A DNA stretch of 63,025 nucleotides from Verrucomicrobiota bacterium (GCA_030747505.1 JASLKQ010000005.1:1-63025); one strand, 5' to 3'; shown: positions 19,429-30,010, counted from the first letter of the stretch. A program made the numbers and translations. The notes: a model not told the origin generated them from the sequence alone.

Positions 19429-21054
19429 TTAATCACCCGGCTTAATGGAAACATGTTTGTATGGGTGATGGTTTAAAATGGTGGGATGCCAACCCTTTAC
19501 CTTAGGGCTGGCCAAATACTTTGAAGTATAGTGATAAATCGGAATGATTGGCATTTCATCCAATAATATTTCCTCAGCCTTCCCGAATAGAGAAAAACGT
19601 TTTTGGGAATCTGACTCCTGACTGGCCGAAGCAATCAATTGATCAAATTTTTCGTTAGCAAAACCGGTGTAATTATTTCCACCGCCGGTGAGCCACATGT
19701 CCAAAAATGTATTGGGATCATTATAGTCACCAATCCAACCGGCCCGACTCACCTGATATTCCATCTTCTGTTGCGTATTCAGGTAGACCTTCCATTCCTC
19801 GTTGGTAAGCTCAATCTGGACTTTCAGATTGTTTTGCCACATTTGCTGGATCGCCTCTGCAATTCTCTGATGTGCTTCGGAAGTATTGTACAGTAATTTG
19901 AGTTTAGGAAATCCTTTCCCCTGTGGATACCCGGCTTCCGCCAATAACCGGGAAGCCCGGTCAGGATCAAAACTGATCTTCGGGCCTCCATTGTATGTAT
20001 ACCCACCGGTATCAGGCGGAGTAAAAAAAGTGGTTGGCTTATCTGCTCCGCGCAATACGTTGCGAACCAGGCTCTCACGATCTATGGCAAGCCCCAAAGC
20101 CTGCCTGACCTTCTTATTGTCCAATGGAGGCTCTGTTACGTTTAGTCGATAAAAATAAACTCCAAGGTAAGGATCAAGCCGCAAATCCTGCGGGTTCTTT
20201 TTACGGTATACATCAATCTTATTGAGTGGAATAGTGTTAGACACATGAATTTGGCCACTGCGAAAAGCCCGCTCCTCCACCTCCGCACTACTAATCGGCT
20301 TAAAGTTGATCTCTTTTAAACTAACCTTTGCTTTATCCCAATAGGTCGGACTTTTCTTCACCACAATCACGTCATTGACCTCCCATTTATCAAGAACAAA
20401 AGGCCCATTGCCGACAAAATTTCCCGGCCGGGTCCAGGGATTATTGGGTGAATCAACCGGTCCATATTTCTTTACCGTCGGAATATGAACCGGAAACCAG
20501 GAATAGTGGTTCAACAATGAAAGGAAATACGGAGTGGGCCCTGCTAGAGTAATCTTTAAAGTGTGTTCATCCACTGCCTCAAAGCCCACCCGGGAAAAAT
20601 CTTTTATCTTACCGGCATTAAATTCCTTGGCATTCTTCACCACGTGCAACATGTAGGCATATTGGGAAGCCAGCTTGGGGGAGAGCATTCTCTTATAACT
20701 CAAAACAAAATCCTGAGCCGTAACCGTGTCCCCTGTGGACCATCGTGCATTCGAGCGCAAATGGAATGTCCACACCAACCCATCCTCACTATTCTCCCAA
20801 CGCTCAGCTACCCCAGGAACCGGATGCAAGTCCTTCGGGTCCTCGCCAACCAATCCTTCAATTAAAGCAACCAGTACGTTGTGTTCGGGAACCCCGGTGA
20901 CAACATGTGGATCCAAACCTTCAGGCTCTGCTCCATTCCCCAGATTGAGTATTTGCGGGTGAACTGAAGGATTATCGGATTTCTTGCTAGTGGATGATTT
21001 ACCACACCCGAGCATAAGACAAACCAGAACAGGAACAATAAACCGGTGAAACAT
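19429..21054 (-). CDS. oppA: Peptide ABC transporter substrate-binding lipoprotein (OppA-like)
   Basis: Lipobox MLG-C after MFHRFIVPVLVCL; AEPEGLDP, GNGPF and RAGWIGDYNDP motifs. ATG 21054 lies 6 nt after a CACGAT -10 element. Confidence 0.92.
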   Translation of the reverse strand: MFHRFIVPVLVCLMLGCGKSSTSKKSDNPSVHPQILNLGNGAEPEGLDPHVVTGVPEHNVLVALIEGLVGEDPKDLHPVPGVAERWENSEDGLVWTFHLRSNARWSTGDTVTAQDFVLSYKRMLSPKLASQYAYMLHVVKNAKEFNAGKIKDFSRVGFEAVDEHTLKITLAGPTPYFLSLLNHYSWFPVHIPTVKKYGPVDSPNNPWTRPGNFVGNGPFVLDKWEVNDVIVVKKSPTYWDKAKVSLKEINFKPISSAEVEERAFRSGQIHVSNTIPLNKIDVYRKKNPQDLRLDPYLGVYFYRLNVTEPPLDNKKVRQALGLAIDRESLVRNVLRGADKPTTFFTPPDTGGYTYNGGPKISFDPDRASRLLAEAGYPQGKGFPKLKLLYNTSEAHQRIAEAIQQMWQNNLKVQIELTNEEWKVYLNTQQKMEYQVSRAGWIGDYNDPNTFLDMWLTGGGNNYTGFANEKFDQLIASASQESDSQKRFSLFGKAEEILLDEMPIIPIYHYTSKYLASPKVKGWHPTILNHHPYKHVSIKPGD

Positions 21055-21097
21055 CGCTGGATCGTGAGTCAATCCAACCCCCTCGGGCAAGCCGATT

Positions 21098-22711
21098 TTA
21101 CTGATTCGGAACACCACCCTCTGGCTGAGATAAAGGGATTTCCGGGAATTCGTCCTCCTTTAAACCGAACACCGTGCGTAGAGCTGCAACGATCGTTGGA
21201 TCTTCGTCCTTGAGGTACTCAATCAGCCTCATGATCTTTAATTCCTCAAAAGTTGCCAAAGTCACTCGGTTCTCCGCAGCCCCCTTGAAGCGTGCTGTAA
21301 ACAAACTATGCACCTCTTGGGCTTTGTCTAAATAGCCCGCAGCCTCCTCCTCTTCGCCTTTGGCCAAATGGGTGAAGTGCCTTATAAACAAGCCGGTAAT
21401 GATGGCCACGGTCTTGTCTATTCCTCCGCGACTCACACCATCTTTCAGCCTAAAAAGGACGAATTTTTCTAGGTCATATTTTTTTGTTTCTGGATCATAT
21501 CCCGTGTACCAAGTCATTCTATCGGGGTAATTTTCTAACGCCAGTTTGAGCCACTCCGTAGCTTCTTTTTCACGACCATAGTAATAATTCCATTCCACCA
21601 CACGTTTGAGAAAATTCATGTGCGCCATTTCATAGGATTGCCCTGCTTGAGCAGAACGTTCATCTTGCGCACGCGTCACCATTTCCACATAAGCTAAATG
21701 CGTCCTGCCAGCCAGCTCCATATTCGGAATCACAGAACCCTTATTGTCAAAATAATCAGACGGGCTAATTGCACGGCCCGACGGGGTATTCAGTCTACCT
21801 CTTTCAAAGCAATACATCATTGACTGGAATACAATGCGCTCAAGCTTGCGTAAATCATTCTCCTTGGAAGGATTATGACCGCATCGTTTCAGCCCTAATT
21901 TAGCCCAGTAAAGAGAATGCACCTCCGGCAGTCTCCAGTCCAATGCATACACCACCGAACCGTCATTTTTTTCCACACGCCCGTACTGTTCATTCACAGC
22001 TTTCATCTCACGCGGATCGAGCTTGTACTCTTCCCGTAAACGTTGCACCCGGGTCGCCACCTCTTCATTGGGTGGATCAATTAATTCATCAAAGTTTGGC
22101 ACACCACGCATGGCATTGGCTTGAGCTTCATCCTTCCATAACACTGCAGTCATCGCCTGCAACCACCGAAGCTTATAATAACGATGATGATCATCCATAT
22201 TATGCCCCATCTTATGCTGAAAAATCCACCCCAACTCATGATATATGAGCGGTTCCTGCGGGTTATATTTTATCCCGTGATCCCGAAGCAAACTGATTCC
22301 CTCTGAAACATACTTCCACCTTGTCTCACGGTCGGGGTAGGTCACTGAAATATTATAGGCCATGTTCCATGCCCGGTTACGCCAAACCATGGAGACATGC
22401 GGCTGAAGTTGCGCCACCCACTCTGAAAGCTGCATTTGTTCCTGATATTTTTTCTGCAACTGCATTTCATTGGCCCGCAGCCAAAGGTAGGATGAGATTA
22501 GGCCGCGAAAACCACCCAGAGACTGCGTGACTAAGGCCAACATCGGTGGAGCATCCTGCAGTGGTTCAAGATAAGTGGGACTGAGCTCGCCACGTTGATC
22601 ATTTAGACCACCTTGCAAAACAAAGAGGCCCCCTAGGCACAGAATCGCCACTACAACCAAGGTTATCTTGGGAGGCGTGTCCATCGTTGCACTGTGTTCT
22701 TCCCTGCTCAT
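21098..22711 (-). CDS. Membrane-anchored helical/TPR-like protein of the PVC 'IRE'-annotated type (PilG/XapA-like N-terminal domain)
   Basis: N-terminal TM, then LGGFRGL..YLWLRA...LQPH..VW...AWNMAYNIS...G..LL..G.KYNP...IYHELGW. Start at 22711 (ATGA overlap) or 22684. Confidence 0.7.
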   Translation of the reverse strand: MSREEHSATMDTPPKITLVVVAILCLGGLFVLQGGLNDQRGELSPTYLEPLQDAPPMLALVTQSLGGFRGLISSYLWLRANEMQLQKKYQEQMQLSEWVAQLQPHVSMVWRNRAWNMAYNISVTYPDRETRWKYVSEGISLLRDHGIKYNPQEPLIYHELGWIFQHKMGHNMDDHHRYYKLRWLQAMTAVLWKDEAQANAMRGVPNFDELIDPPNEEVATRVQRLREEYKLDPREMKAVNEQYGRVEKNDGSVVYALDWRLPEVHSLYWAKLGLKRCGHNPSKENDLRKLERIVFQSMMYCFERGRLNTPSGRAISPSDYFDNKGSVIPNMELAGRTHLAYVEMVTRAQDERSAQAGQSYEMAHMNFLKRVVEWNYYYGREKEATEWLKLALENYPDRMTWYTGYDPETKKYDLEKFVLFRLKDGVSRGGIDKTVAIITGLFIRHFTHLAKGEEEEAAGYLDKAQEVHSLFTARFKGAAENRVTLATFEELKIMRLIEYLKDEDPTIVAALRTVFGLKEDEFPEIPLSQPEGGVPNQ

Positions 22712-24657
22712 TTTGAAATATTTATCGCGTCTAAAATAAACCTACGGCGAATTCTGTACGCTATATAAGCTATTGGGACAAGGAAGTACGCAACCACGTT
22801 CATGGCCCATTCAGGCAACATAAGATGGGGCAGAAAATATGTCCTTAAAGCTAAAACTATGATTAATACCATCAAAAACCCCAATAGTTCTTTGCTTATC
22901 CAGGAATCTGACCCTCCTCCTCCCGATTCACTGGTTATCGCCAATTGGCGACTGGAAAGAATTACACTCCCCAAAACTCCCAAGACAGCTCCAGCAAGAC
23001 CCCAAATGTAAGCATAAGCATAAAATAGTTCTTTCCAAGTAACACTCCGACCTTCTGTTAGTTTTTCAATCGGCGAATACTCCTTTATCGGTTTAATCAA
23101 CCAGACTAAAATCTTGGATGCAGGCACAAGTACGGTATCAATTACGGACGTATCCCGTTTCCCATCGGTGTAAGTTTGCATAATTGTGCCTTCTTCCCCA
23201 ACTTCCTCCACCAACCCTAAAACGCCGGCAATAACCAAAATACCTAAACAGGCAAAAGCAGACATGCCAAACGACATAAAGCTACCTGCAAATAAGCCCA
23301 GCGCTGCAAAAACTCCCAGCCAGGCAAAAACAATACCTAAGGCACGAAGATAATTAACCGCAAAGCCAGCTTCCTTATACAATAATTCAACCCCCTTTCC
23401 TCCTACCCGACCGCGCGAATCCAGATAAGGAACCTTCAAGCTAGCCCTCCCCCCGTTATAGAAAAAAATCGATATCAAACTATTGGTATCAAACATATTT
23501 ATCCTCCCTCCTTCGTTCGAAGGAAGAGAAACAGGCATTGGAATCTCATGAAATGTTCTCGCATCAAACTGAACCGTATCCTGCACAACCTGCCCCTTTC
23601 CAGGGCCAAAACCAAACACAAAGGGATAAAGATCATCGTCATTGTAAGCTACTTGGGTATCTTCGAAATAAAATCTCATTGCAAATTCATCCAACTCATC
23701 AGGATTCCATCCGCGCGGTTTTTTAAACTGCAAGGAAAGCCCTTCGGCAACACCTAATATTTGCGAATACCCCAGAATTTCCTGCCGTATCTGGTTGGTG
23801 GCTGCAACTTTTTCATAACTATCAAGTTCTTGGATAATCTCACCGGGATTAACCCCCGACTCTTGCTGAGCCTCAATTTTCATCTGTAACAACTGTGCTT
23901 CACGTTTCGGCATATATCTTTTCATCATCTGTTCAACCCAAGTCTCCAAAGGGACACTTCTGGAGCTCAATGGACCATTCGTTTGTGTCTGATATAACTG
24001 CCTTCTTTCGACACTATTAATCATGGGAATACTGGCCCGCGCAATCAAGATTTTGTCTCTCAATTTCTTCTCTTCCAAACCCGCAAGTTTGTTACGCACA
24101 AGCCCTATGTCTACCAGGATTGGATTCCCCTCCTTATCCTCTTTGGGTCTCCCTGTTTTCGGATCGGATTCCACCTGAGCAATTCCTGAATTATAGGCCA
24201 ACTGACGGATCTCATTTTCAGTCAAATCCTTAATTCTGTTCAAACCGTCCCGAGTCAGTTGATTCGCACGGTATTCCACCACGCCGTAAACCACGCCTCC
24301 GGCAAAAAGCAGCAATACAAAATTCATACTCATCACGCCAACCCATTTACCCAACCATATCTGCCAGCGGGAAATGGGCTTCGTCGCGACCATCTGCAAT
24401 TGATGATTCTCAATTTCATTGGCCAGAGAACCGGCTGAAATCCACAAAGTAGCCGCCCCCATGATGGCGGTAATCATTGACAGGGTGTAAGTAATTAGAA
24501 TCTGGGTCATCCCCTCTGCAGACCCGTCATCCTTGACAATTAGCGGCAATCCCCCAACGGCAAACAGGAGTAAACACAACATCACCCAGAAGAAACGGTA
24601 GCGTATCGAAGCCTTCCACGTCAAAAAGGCTACAGCCAGTAGCGGTTTAAACCCCAT
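22708..24657 (-). CDS. ABC-2-type permease with a large extracytoplasmic domain
   Basis: EIENHQLQMVATKPISRWQIWLGKW coupling motif, multiple TMs, and two extra C-terminal TMs after a GGGGS linker. Confidence 0.8.
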   Translation of the reverse strand: MGFKPLLAVAFLTWKASIRYRFFWVMLCLLLFAVGGLPLIVKDDGSAEGMTQILITYTLSMITAIMGAATLWISAGSLANEIENHQLQMVATKPISRWQIWLGKWVGVMSMNFVLLLFAGGVVYGVVEYRANQLTRDGLNRIKDLTENEIRQLAYNSGIAQVESDPKTGRPKEDKEGNPILVDIGLVRNKLAGLEEKKLRDKILIARASIPMINSVERRQLYQTQTNGPLSSRSVPLETWVEQMMKRYMPKREAQLLQMKIEAQQESGVNPGEIIQELDSYEKVAATNQIRQEILGYSQILGVAEGLSLQFKKPRGWNPDELDEFAMRFYFEDTQVAYNDDDLYPFVFGFGPGKGQVVQDTVQFDARTFHEIPMPVSLPSNEGGRINMFDTNSLISIFFYNGGRASLKVPYLDSRGRVGGKGVELLYKEAGFAVNYLRALGIVFAWLGVFAALGLFAGSFMSFGMSAFACLGILVIAGVLGLVEEVGEEGTIMQTYTDGKRDTSVIDTVLVPASKILVWLIKPIKEYSPIEKLTEGRSVTWKELFYAYAYIWGLAGAVLGVLGSVILSSRQLAITSESGGGGSDSWISKELLGFLMVLIIVLALRTYFLPHLMLPEWAMNVVAYFLVPIAYIAYRIRRRFILDAINISK

Positions 24658-24659
24658 GA

Positions 24660-25877
24660 CTAATCCCCTCCCAGCAGGCCGGATAACTTATCATCCACCT
24701 CATCTAGATTTTTCTTCACATCGCCCTTCTTTTCTTCAGGCAATTCCTTTGGAGAAACAGAATCCGGCTTTGCCTCGGAAAGTGAATCAAGTTTGGCCTC
24801 ATCGACTTTAGACTCCGGAACACTGACTGATTGCTCATCAGCCATCTGGGCTTTGGGCTTTTCGACCTCCTTGTCAGCCAAACGGTTGAGCATCGTCTCA
24901 GCCTGAGTTGGCACAGGCTGATCAGCTCTCAAGAATTCTGCCACTTCGCTTCCTGAGGTTGCCCCGGAAGTCTCATCCGAAGCACGGGCTTTTTCCACCA
25001 CATTCAAAAACAGAGTTTCAAGATTTTGAGATGGATTATCCACGCGAATGTCGTCCTTGTCAGCATGCCTTCCCATCGCCTCGAGAACTTCCTTTTGAGC
25101 AGCTTCACTCAACGCAGGCATCGTAAATTGAACCGTATCTCGTTCAGTTAAAAGTTCATCAAGTGTCCCGTATTGCTGAACCTTACCTCCATAATAAATA
25201 ACTGCTCGATCACAGACATCTTCGACGTCGGCCAACAGATGACTGGAAAGTATCACGGTTTTCCCACGCGCCTTTAGATTCTTTATTAGATCCTTTATTT
25301 CACGACAACCAATTGGATCCATCCCGGCGGTGGGTTCGTCCAGAATGACCAAATCCGGATCGTTAATAAGTGCCTGAGCAAGGCCGATACGACGCTGCAT
25401 ACCCTTGGAAAACTCGCCAACCGTCCGCATTTGCACCCCCTTTAGGCCAACCATCTCCAATAGTTGTTCCGAACGCAGTTTCTTCTCCTCACTATCAAGT
25501 GCGAACAAACCACCAAAAAAATCGAGTGTTTCTGCAGAGTTCAAATAACGATATAAATAGGACTCTTCAGGGAGATACCCAATGCGCTGTTTTGTTTTCA
25601 CGTCCCGAGGCGAATGACCGAAGATGCGCACCATGCCTCGCGTTGGATTCAGCAGTCCCAACAAAACCTTGATGGTAGTCGATTTACCCGAACCATTCGG
25701 CCCAAGCAATCCAAACACCTCACCTTTTCGCACTTCAAAACTCACATCATTAATCGCCTTGGCCTTGGGGCGGCCCCAGAAATCGCAAAATACTTTCTCC
25801 AAGGAACGGACCACAACAATATCGTCACTATGGGTAGCGCCCTCGCTGTTGGCTTCGGTGACTTCGGGGAATTCCAT
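24660..25877 (-). CDS. ABC transporter ATP-binding protein (PilH/XapD-like) with a charged C-terminal tail
   Basis: GPNGSGKST, FSKGMQRR, LDEP, SSH and IGYLPEESYLY motifs. Confidence 0.92.
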   Translation of the reverse strand: MEFPEVTEANSEGATHSDDIVVVRSLEKVFCDFWGRPKAKAINDVSFEVRKGEVFGLLGPNGSGKSTTIKVLLGLLNPTRGMVRIFGHSPRDVKTKQRIGYLPEESYLYRYLNSAETLDFFGGLFALDSEEKKLRSEQLLEMVGLKGVQMRTVGEFSKGMQRRIGLAQALINDPDLVILDEPTAGMDPIGCREIKDLIKNLKARGKTVILSSHLLADVEDVCDRAVIYYGGKVQQYGTLDELLTERDTVQFTMPALSEAAQKEVLEAMGRHADKDDIRVDNPSQNLETLFLNVVEKARASDETSGATSGSEVAEFLRADQPVPTQAETMLNRLADKEVEKPKAQMADEQSVSVPESKVDEAKLDSLSEAKPDSVSPKELPEEKKGDVKKNLDEVDDKLSGLLGGD

Positions 25878-25895
25878 CAGATTTTTGTATTTTCC

Positions 25896-27881
25896 CTATG
25901 CGGATGCAGTTGCCGCCTCACTCGAATCTTCCGGAAAAGAATCCCCATCCTGAACCGTACCTGCATCCACCTCCATGGTGTCAAACGCCTCATATTCCTC
26001 TCCTTCACGCACCAATCGAGCACTGTTGAACACAACAATAAGTGATCCTGTAACATTCAGTATCGCGGCAGAAACCGGATCAATTTTATTGATGGCTGCC
26101 AGCACTAAACCGCCGATGACAAAGAGGATTCCAATTATAAAATTTTGATTTATTACCTGACGTGTCATCCTTGAAAGATGCATGAGAAATGGAAGTCTCC
26201 GCAAGTCGTTGTTCATTAAGGCGATCGTAGCACTTTGTATCGCAACATCACTTCCGGCTGCTCCCATGGCGATACCAATATCGCCTGCTTTGAGAGCCGG
26301 TGCATCATTTACTCCGTCTCCCACAAATGCGACCTTGTACCCTTTTGCACGCAAATTCTCGACGTATTTTACCTTCTCAGCAGGAAAACAATCGGCTTGT
26401 ACATTGTCACAACCCACTTCCGCAGCAACACGTTCAGCAACCGGGGCACGGTCTCCTGACACGATTGCGAGTCTTCTTACCCCTTCCAAAGTCAATTCAC
26501 TCAGTGATTCACTTGCCTCAGGACGAATTTCATCAGTCATCCCGACCCAACCAATAAATTCTCCGTTACGTGCTATGTGAATCAAACTGTATCCCTGTGT
26601 TTCATCCAAATCTACAGAACCGGCAATATCCCCTTTCACCTCATTCTCCTCCAACCAAATCTGGCGACCCACCAGGACAGTCTGTCCGTCCACTTGCGCC
26701 TTAACCCCTTTACCCGCAGTTTCGCCGAAATCCTTCGGCTCAACCAGATCCACCCCCGCTTCGATCGCCAACGTCATGATTGCCTTGGCTGTGGGATGAT
26801 TGCTGTACTGTTCAGCGGAGGCAGTCAGCAACAAGAGTTCGGCCGGCTTGACTCCCTCCACGGGGGCCAATCGACTGACTTTGAGTGTGCCGGTTGTGAT
26901 TGTTCCAGTCTTATCAAATATGAAGGCATTAATTCGAGCAGCCAATTCGATATCACTAACCTGTTTGATCATAATTCCCAAACGGGAAGCGGTTGCCACC
27001 GCTGCCACCATAGCCGTGGGAGTAGCCAGAATAAAGGCGACGGGACTGGAAACAATGAAAACGGAAATCACCCGATTTAGATCCTGTGTGAACGCCCAAA
27101 CCAAGGCTCCTATCACAAGGACCAGTGGGGTATAAAATCCCATATACTTATCAACAATTTTCTCGAAACGAGTCTTGGAGCGTGCAGCCTGCAGGATCAG
27201 TTCGCGTACACGGCCAAACTCCGTTTCCACCCCCACCTTGGTCACTTTTACCTCCAATACCCCGTCTATATTAATCGTACCCTGAAAGACATTATCACCT
27301 GGGCTCTTATCCACCGGCAACGATTCACCCGTAATATTAGCCTGATTAATAGATCCGCTACCTGTAAGAATATCGCCATCTGCAGGAACATTATCGCCTG
27401 GTCGGACACGGATGCGATCCCCAACCACCAAATCATTGGCAGACACTTCATCTTCGGTTCCCTCATCATTGAGTCGACGAGCCTTGGTTGGAGCTCTTTC
27501 CAGTAACCGGCGTATTGCCTCCTGAGCTCCCGAAGCAGTGCGGGATTCAATCATCTCGGCCAATAACATGAAGAAAGCTACCAAGCCAGCTGCCTTATAA
27601 TCACCGTGGGCAAAGGTGGCGAGGACGGCAATAGCCACAAGTTCATTCGTGGTAAGCAATCCCTGTTGTAAATCCTTGATGGTGGTTCGAAATATGCGAA
27701 TACCCAAAATAATTGCCCCGATCATCGCGCTAAAGTCGCCTACCCGAGATTCCTCCCCCAAAATCCAATCAGCCAGAAATCCATTAATAATAAAGAGGAT
27801 CCCAGCGAAAATATATTTCACGGTCGTGGAGGAGGTAGATCCTTCATTTAACTCTTCAGATTGGTTGGAAGCGTTTTCCAT
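25896..27881 (-). CDS. P1B-type (heavy-metal-family) P-type ATPase with a non-canonical transmembrane site
   Basis: TGES, DKTGT, SNHP, SGD and GDGVNDAPAL motifs; SPV in place of CPC; no N-terminal metal-binding domain. Confidence 0.92.
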   Translation of the reverse strand: MENASNQSEELNEGSTSSTTVKYIFAGILFIINGFLADWILGEESRVGDFSAMIGAIILGIRIFRTTIKDLQQGLLTTNELVAIAVLATFAHGDYKAAGLVAFFMLLAEMIESRTASGAQEAIRRLLERAPTKARRLNDEGTEDEVSANDLVVGDRIRVRPGDNVPADGDILTGSGSINQANITGESLPVDKSPGDNVFQGTINIDGVLEVKVTKVGVETEFGRVRELILQAARSKTRFEKIVDKYMGFYTPLVLVIGALVWAFTQDLNRVISVFIVSSPVAFILATPTAMVAAVATASRLGIMIKQVSDIELAARINAFIFDKTGTITTGTLKVSRLAPVEGVKPAELLLLTASAEQYSNHPTAKAIMTLAIEAGVDLVEPKDFGETAGKGVKAQVDGQTVLVGRQIWLEENEVKGDIAGSVDLDETQGYSLIHIARNGEFIGWVGMTDEIRPEASESLSELTLEGVRRLAIVSGDRAPVAERVAAEVGCDNVQADCFPAEKVKYVENLRAKGYKVAFVGDGVNDAPALKAGDIGIAMGAAGSDVAIQSATIALMNNDLRRLPFLMHLSRMTRQVINQNFIIGILFVIGGLVLAAINKIDPVSAAILNVTGSLIVVFNSARLVREGEEYEAFDTMEVDAGTVQDGDSFPEDSSEAATASA

Positions 27882-27886
27882 ACTGC

Positions 27887-29029
27887 TTACTTTTCTCCCC
27901 CTTCCTTCTCTTTACTGATTTCAGGGGGAGGCTGATTAATCATTAGCCTCAATTTGGAGCGGTTCAATTTCCCACCCTTTGACAATAAATATATTTTAAC
28001 ATCCTCATTATCAGCAATCCGTTCCATGGCCTCGTAGTATAACTGCTCTGTGTAACGCCTGCGGGCTACCGGATCGGGATACTTGGTGACAATATCCTGA
28101 AACCGGGAAGCCAAGGATTCTACCGATGCCCTGAGTGCTTCTGCTTCGTTTTTTGCTCTATTTCGAATTGTTGCCACGTCCCCTGAAGAAGCCCCACTTC
28201 CAGCACCATCGGATTCAATTGCCCGACGCAGACCATCTGCCTCGATTTTTGCTGAACTCAACACTTTATCAACGCTCGACCTCACCCCGGAAAACTTCTC
28301 GTAAGGTTTCTGTGTCATGAACGGAAGCTTCACATCATCTCCACCAACATTCACGCGCTCTATCTCCACTCCCAGATCATAATCACTGGCCAGCTTGACC
28401 ACGCGACTCTTGACGTTTTCGGCAAACTGGGTGGGATTCTCAAGGATCGCAGAAAGGTCAGCCCGCGAAGCAGCGAAGGTCACGCCATTATCGAGCATCA
28501 ACTGCAGCACCACCGGGGGTTTGTCCGATGGAGCTTCAAAAGCAAACTTGAACTGACTCGGATCAGACACACGGTATCTCATCTCTGCTTTAATATGAAT
28601 GATCTTGTCATCCATTGTCACAGCATACCCATCCCGCGAAGCATCAACGGGGCGTTGATTTACATCGTCACCCCTCTCGGCAAGCCCGATCGCTGCATGC
28701 CATGCAGCATTGGAATTTATCGGTCGATTTCGGATAATCTTAACCTTTTCATCGATCGGATAAGGCCAGGCAAAACGCGTGCCTGCTTTGTACACTTCTT
28801 CTGGACTAGTGGCCTGAGCCTTTCCGAAGCGCAACACGATCACCCCTTCAGCATCTTGTTTTACATTAACAAGATTGGAAAAGATCAACAGGTATATGAC
28901 CAGAACAGCGATCACGATCTTAAGAATCGTAAAACTACTCTGCAGTGCCTCCTCCATCGCACGCGCACCTGATTCGTTTTCCAGATTCTCTTCCGGAATA
29001 TCCTGAGGGTTAGTCGGCTTGGTACTCAT
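27887..29029 (-). CDS. SPFH/Band-7 protein, HflK-like
   Basis: Single TM, IVLRFGK, FAWPYPID, YRVSDP and LGVEIE motifs, coiled-coil, EQLYYEAMERI. Confidence 0.8.
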   Translation of the reverse strand: MSTKPTNPQDIPEENLENESGARAMEEALQSSFTILKIVIAVLVIYLLIFSNLVNVKQDAEGVIVLRFGKAQATSPEEVYKAGTRFAWPYPIDEKVKIIRNRPINSNAAWHAAIGLAERGDDVNQRPVDASRDGYAVTMDDKIIHIKAEMRYRVSDPSQFKFAFEAPSDKPPVVLQLMLDNGVTFAASRADLSAILENPTQFAENVKSRVVKLASDYDLGVEIERVNVGGDDVKLPFMTQKPYEKFSGVRSSVDKVLSSAKIEADGLRRAIESDGAGSGASSGDVATIRNRAKNEAEALRASVESLASRFQDIVTKYPDPVARRRYTEQLYYEAMERIADNEDVKIYLLSKGGKLNRSKLRLMINQPPPEISKEKEGGEK

Positions 29030-29068
29030 GGTCGGGAGATGAGGGTGTAATATTCGAAACAGTCTTTT

Positions 29069-30010
29069 CTACTCTTTTTTTGCCGGCTCTTGGCTCTGAG
29101 GCTTATCCAATCCACGCAGCAGTCCAAAAGGACCCATCGAGTCATCCAGAATCAGTGTCGTTTGTTTCTTTACCGATTTTTCAAGTGCCTGTAACTCCAT
29201 CAGGAAAGCCGCCAGCTTAGGATCCTGCTCCATCAACTTAAACTGCTGCAAGGCATCAGCTTGTGCCGCTGCACGAATTGATTCCGCCTCTGCCTCAGCC
29301 TTTTGTTTTGCAGTCTCCTTGTCGTTCTTAGCTTTATTAACAATAGCTAGAGCTTCCTGCTCAGCGAGATGGATGGTCGTCCCCGCCTTGTTAGTCCACT
29401 GCGTCACCATTGCATTGAGCACCACGTCCAGATTACTCTGAGGCACCCCTACTTTGCGGATTCCAACAAAACGAATTTCAACCCCTAGATTCTCAGCTTT
29501 TCCCTTTGCTGCGTCCTGAATGGCCTTCTCCAAATCATCGAAGTTCACCTTTTCGGCGGCCTTTGCACTGGCTCCCTGGACAAAACTCCCAAAACTGCTG
29601 GCCACACTGTTCACTTGATTGTTTTTTTCCGTATCCACAATCTCAAGCAGCTGCTTCTCCGCATCCTTCATTCGCGCATCCGAATCAGAGCCATTGGTGC
29701 GCTCCATGAAAATACTCGGATCAGAAATCTTCCAACCGAAGTAAAACTGCATCATCACACTCCCCCCATTCCGGGTCATTACCTGATCGTAGCGGGTGGT
29801 TTTTACGTGGATTCGCTTGTCAAACTTATACACATGTTGGATTGGCCAGGGCCATTTAAAACGAAGGCCGGGTTCCTCAATGGGAGGACTGTTCTTCCCC
29901 AGATGATTAACGAATGCTATCTCATCCTGACGCACCTGAAAGGTAAACATGTACGATCCAAAAATGAGCAACAGCAACCCGAAGATAACAATATTAACTA
30001 TTTTCTTCAT
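29069..30010 (-). CDS. SPFH/Band-7 protein, HflC-like
   Basis: TM then TFQVRQDE, EPGLRFKWPWPIQ..YKFDKR, WKISDP and GVEIRFVGI motifs, Ala/Glu coiled-coil, DPKLAAF...ALE...TTLIL...PFGLL. Confidence 0.85.
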   Translation of the reverse strand: MKKIVNIVIFGLLLLIFGSYMFTFQVRQDEIAFVNHLGKNSPPIEEPGLRFKWPWPIQHVYKFDKRIHVKTTRYDQVMTRNGGSVMMQFYFGWKISDPSIFMERTNGSDSDARMKDAEKQLLEIVDTEKNNQVNSVASSFGSFVQGASAKAAEKVNFDDLEKAIQDAAKGKAENLGVEIRFVGIRKVGVPQSNLDVVLNAMVTQWTNKAGTTIHLAEQEALAIVNKAKNDKETAKQKAEAEAESIRAAAQADALQQFKLMEQDPKLAAFLMELQALEKSVKKQTTLILDDSMGPFGLLRGLDKPQSQEPAKKE

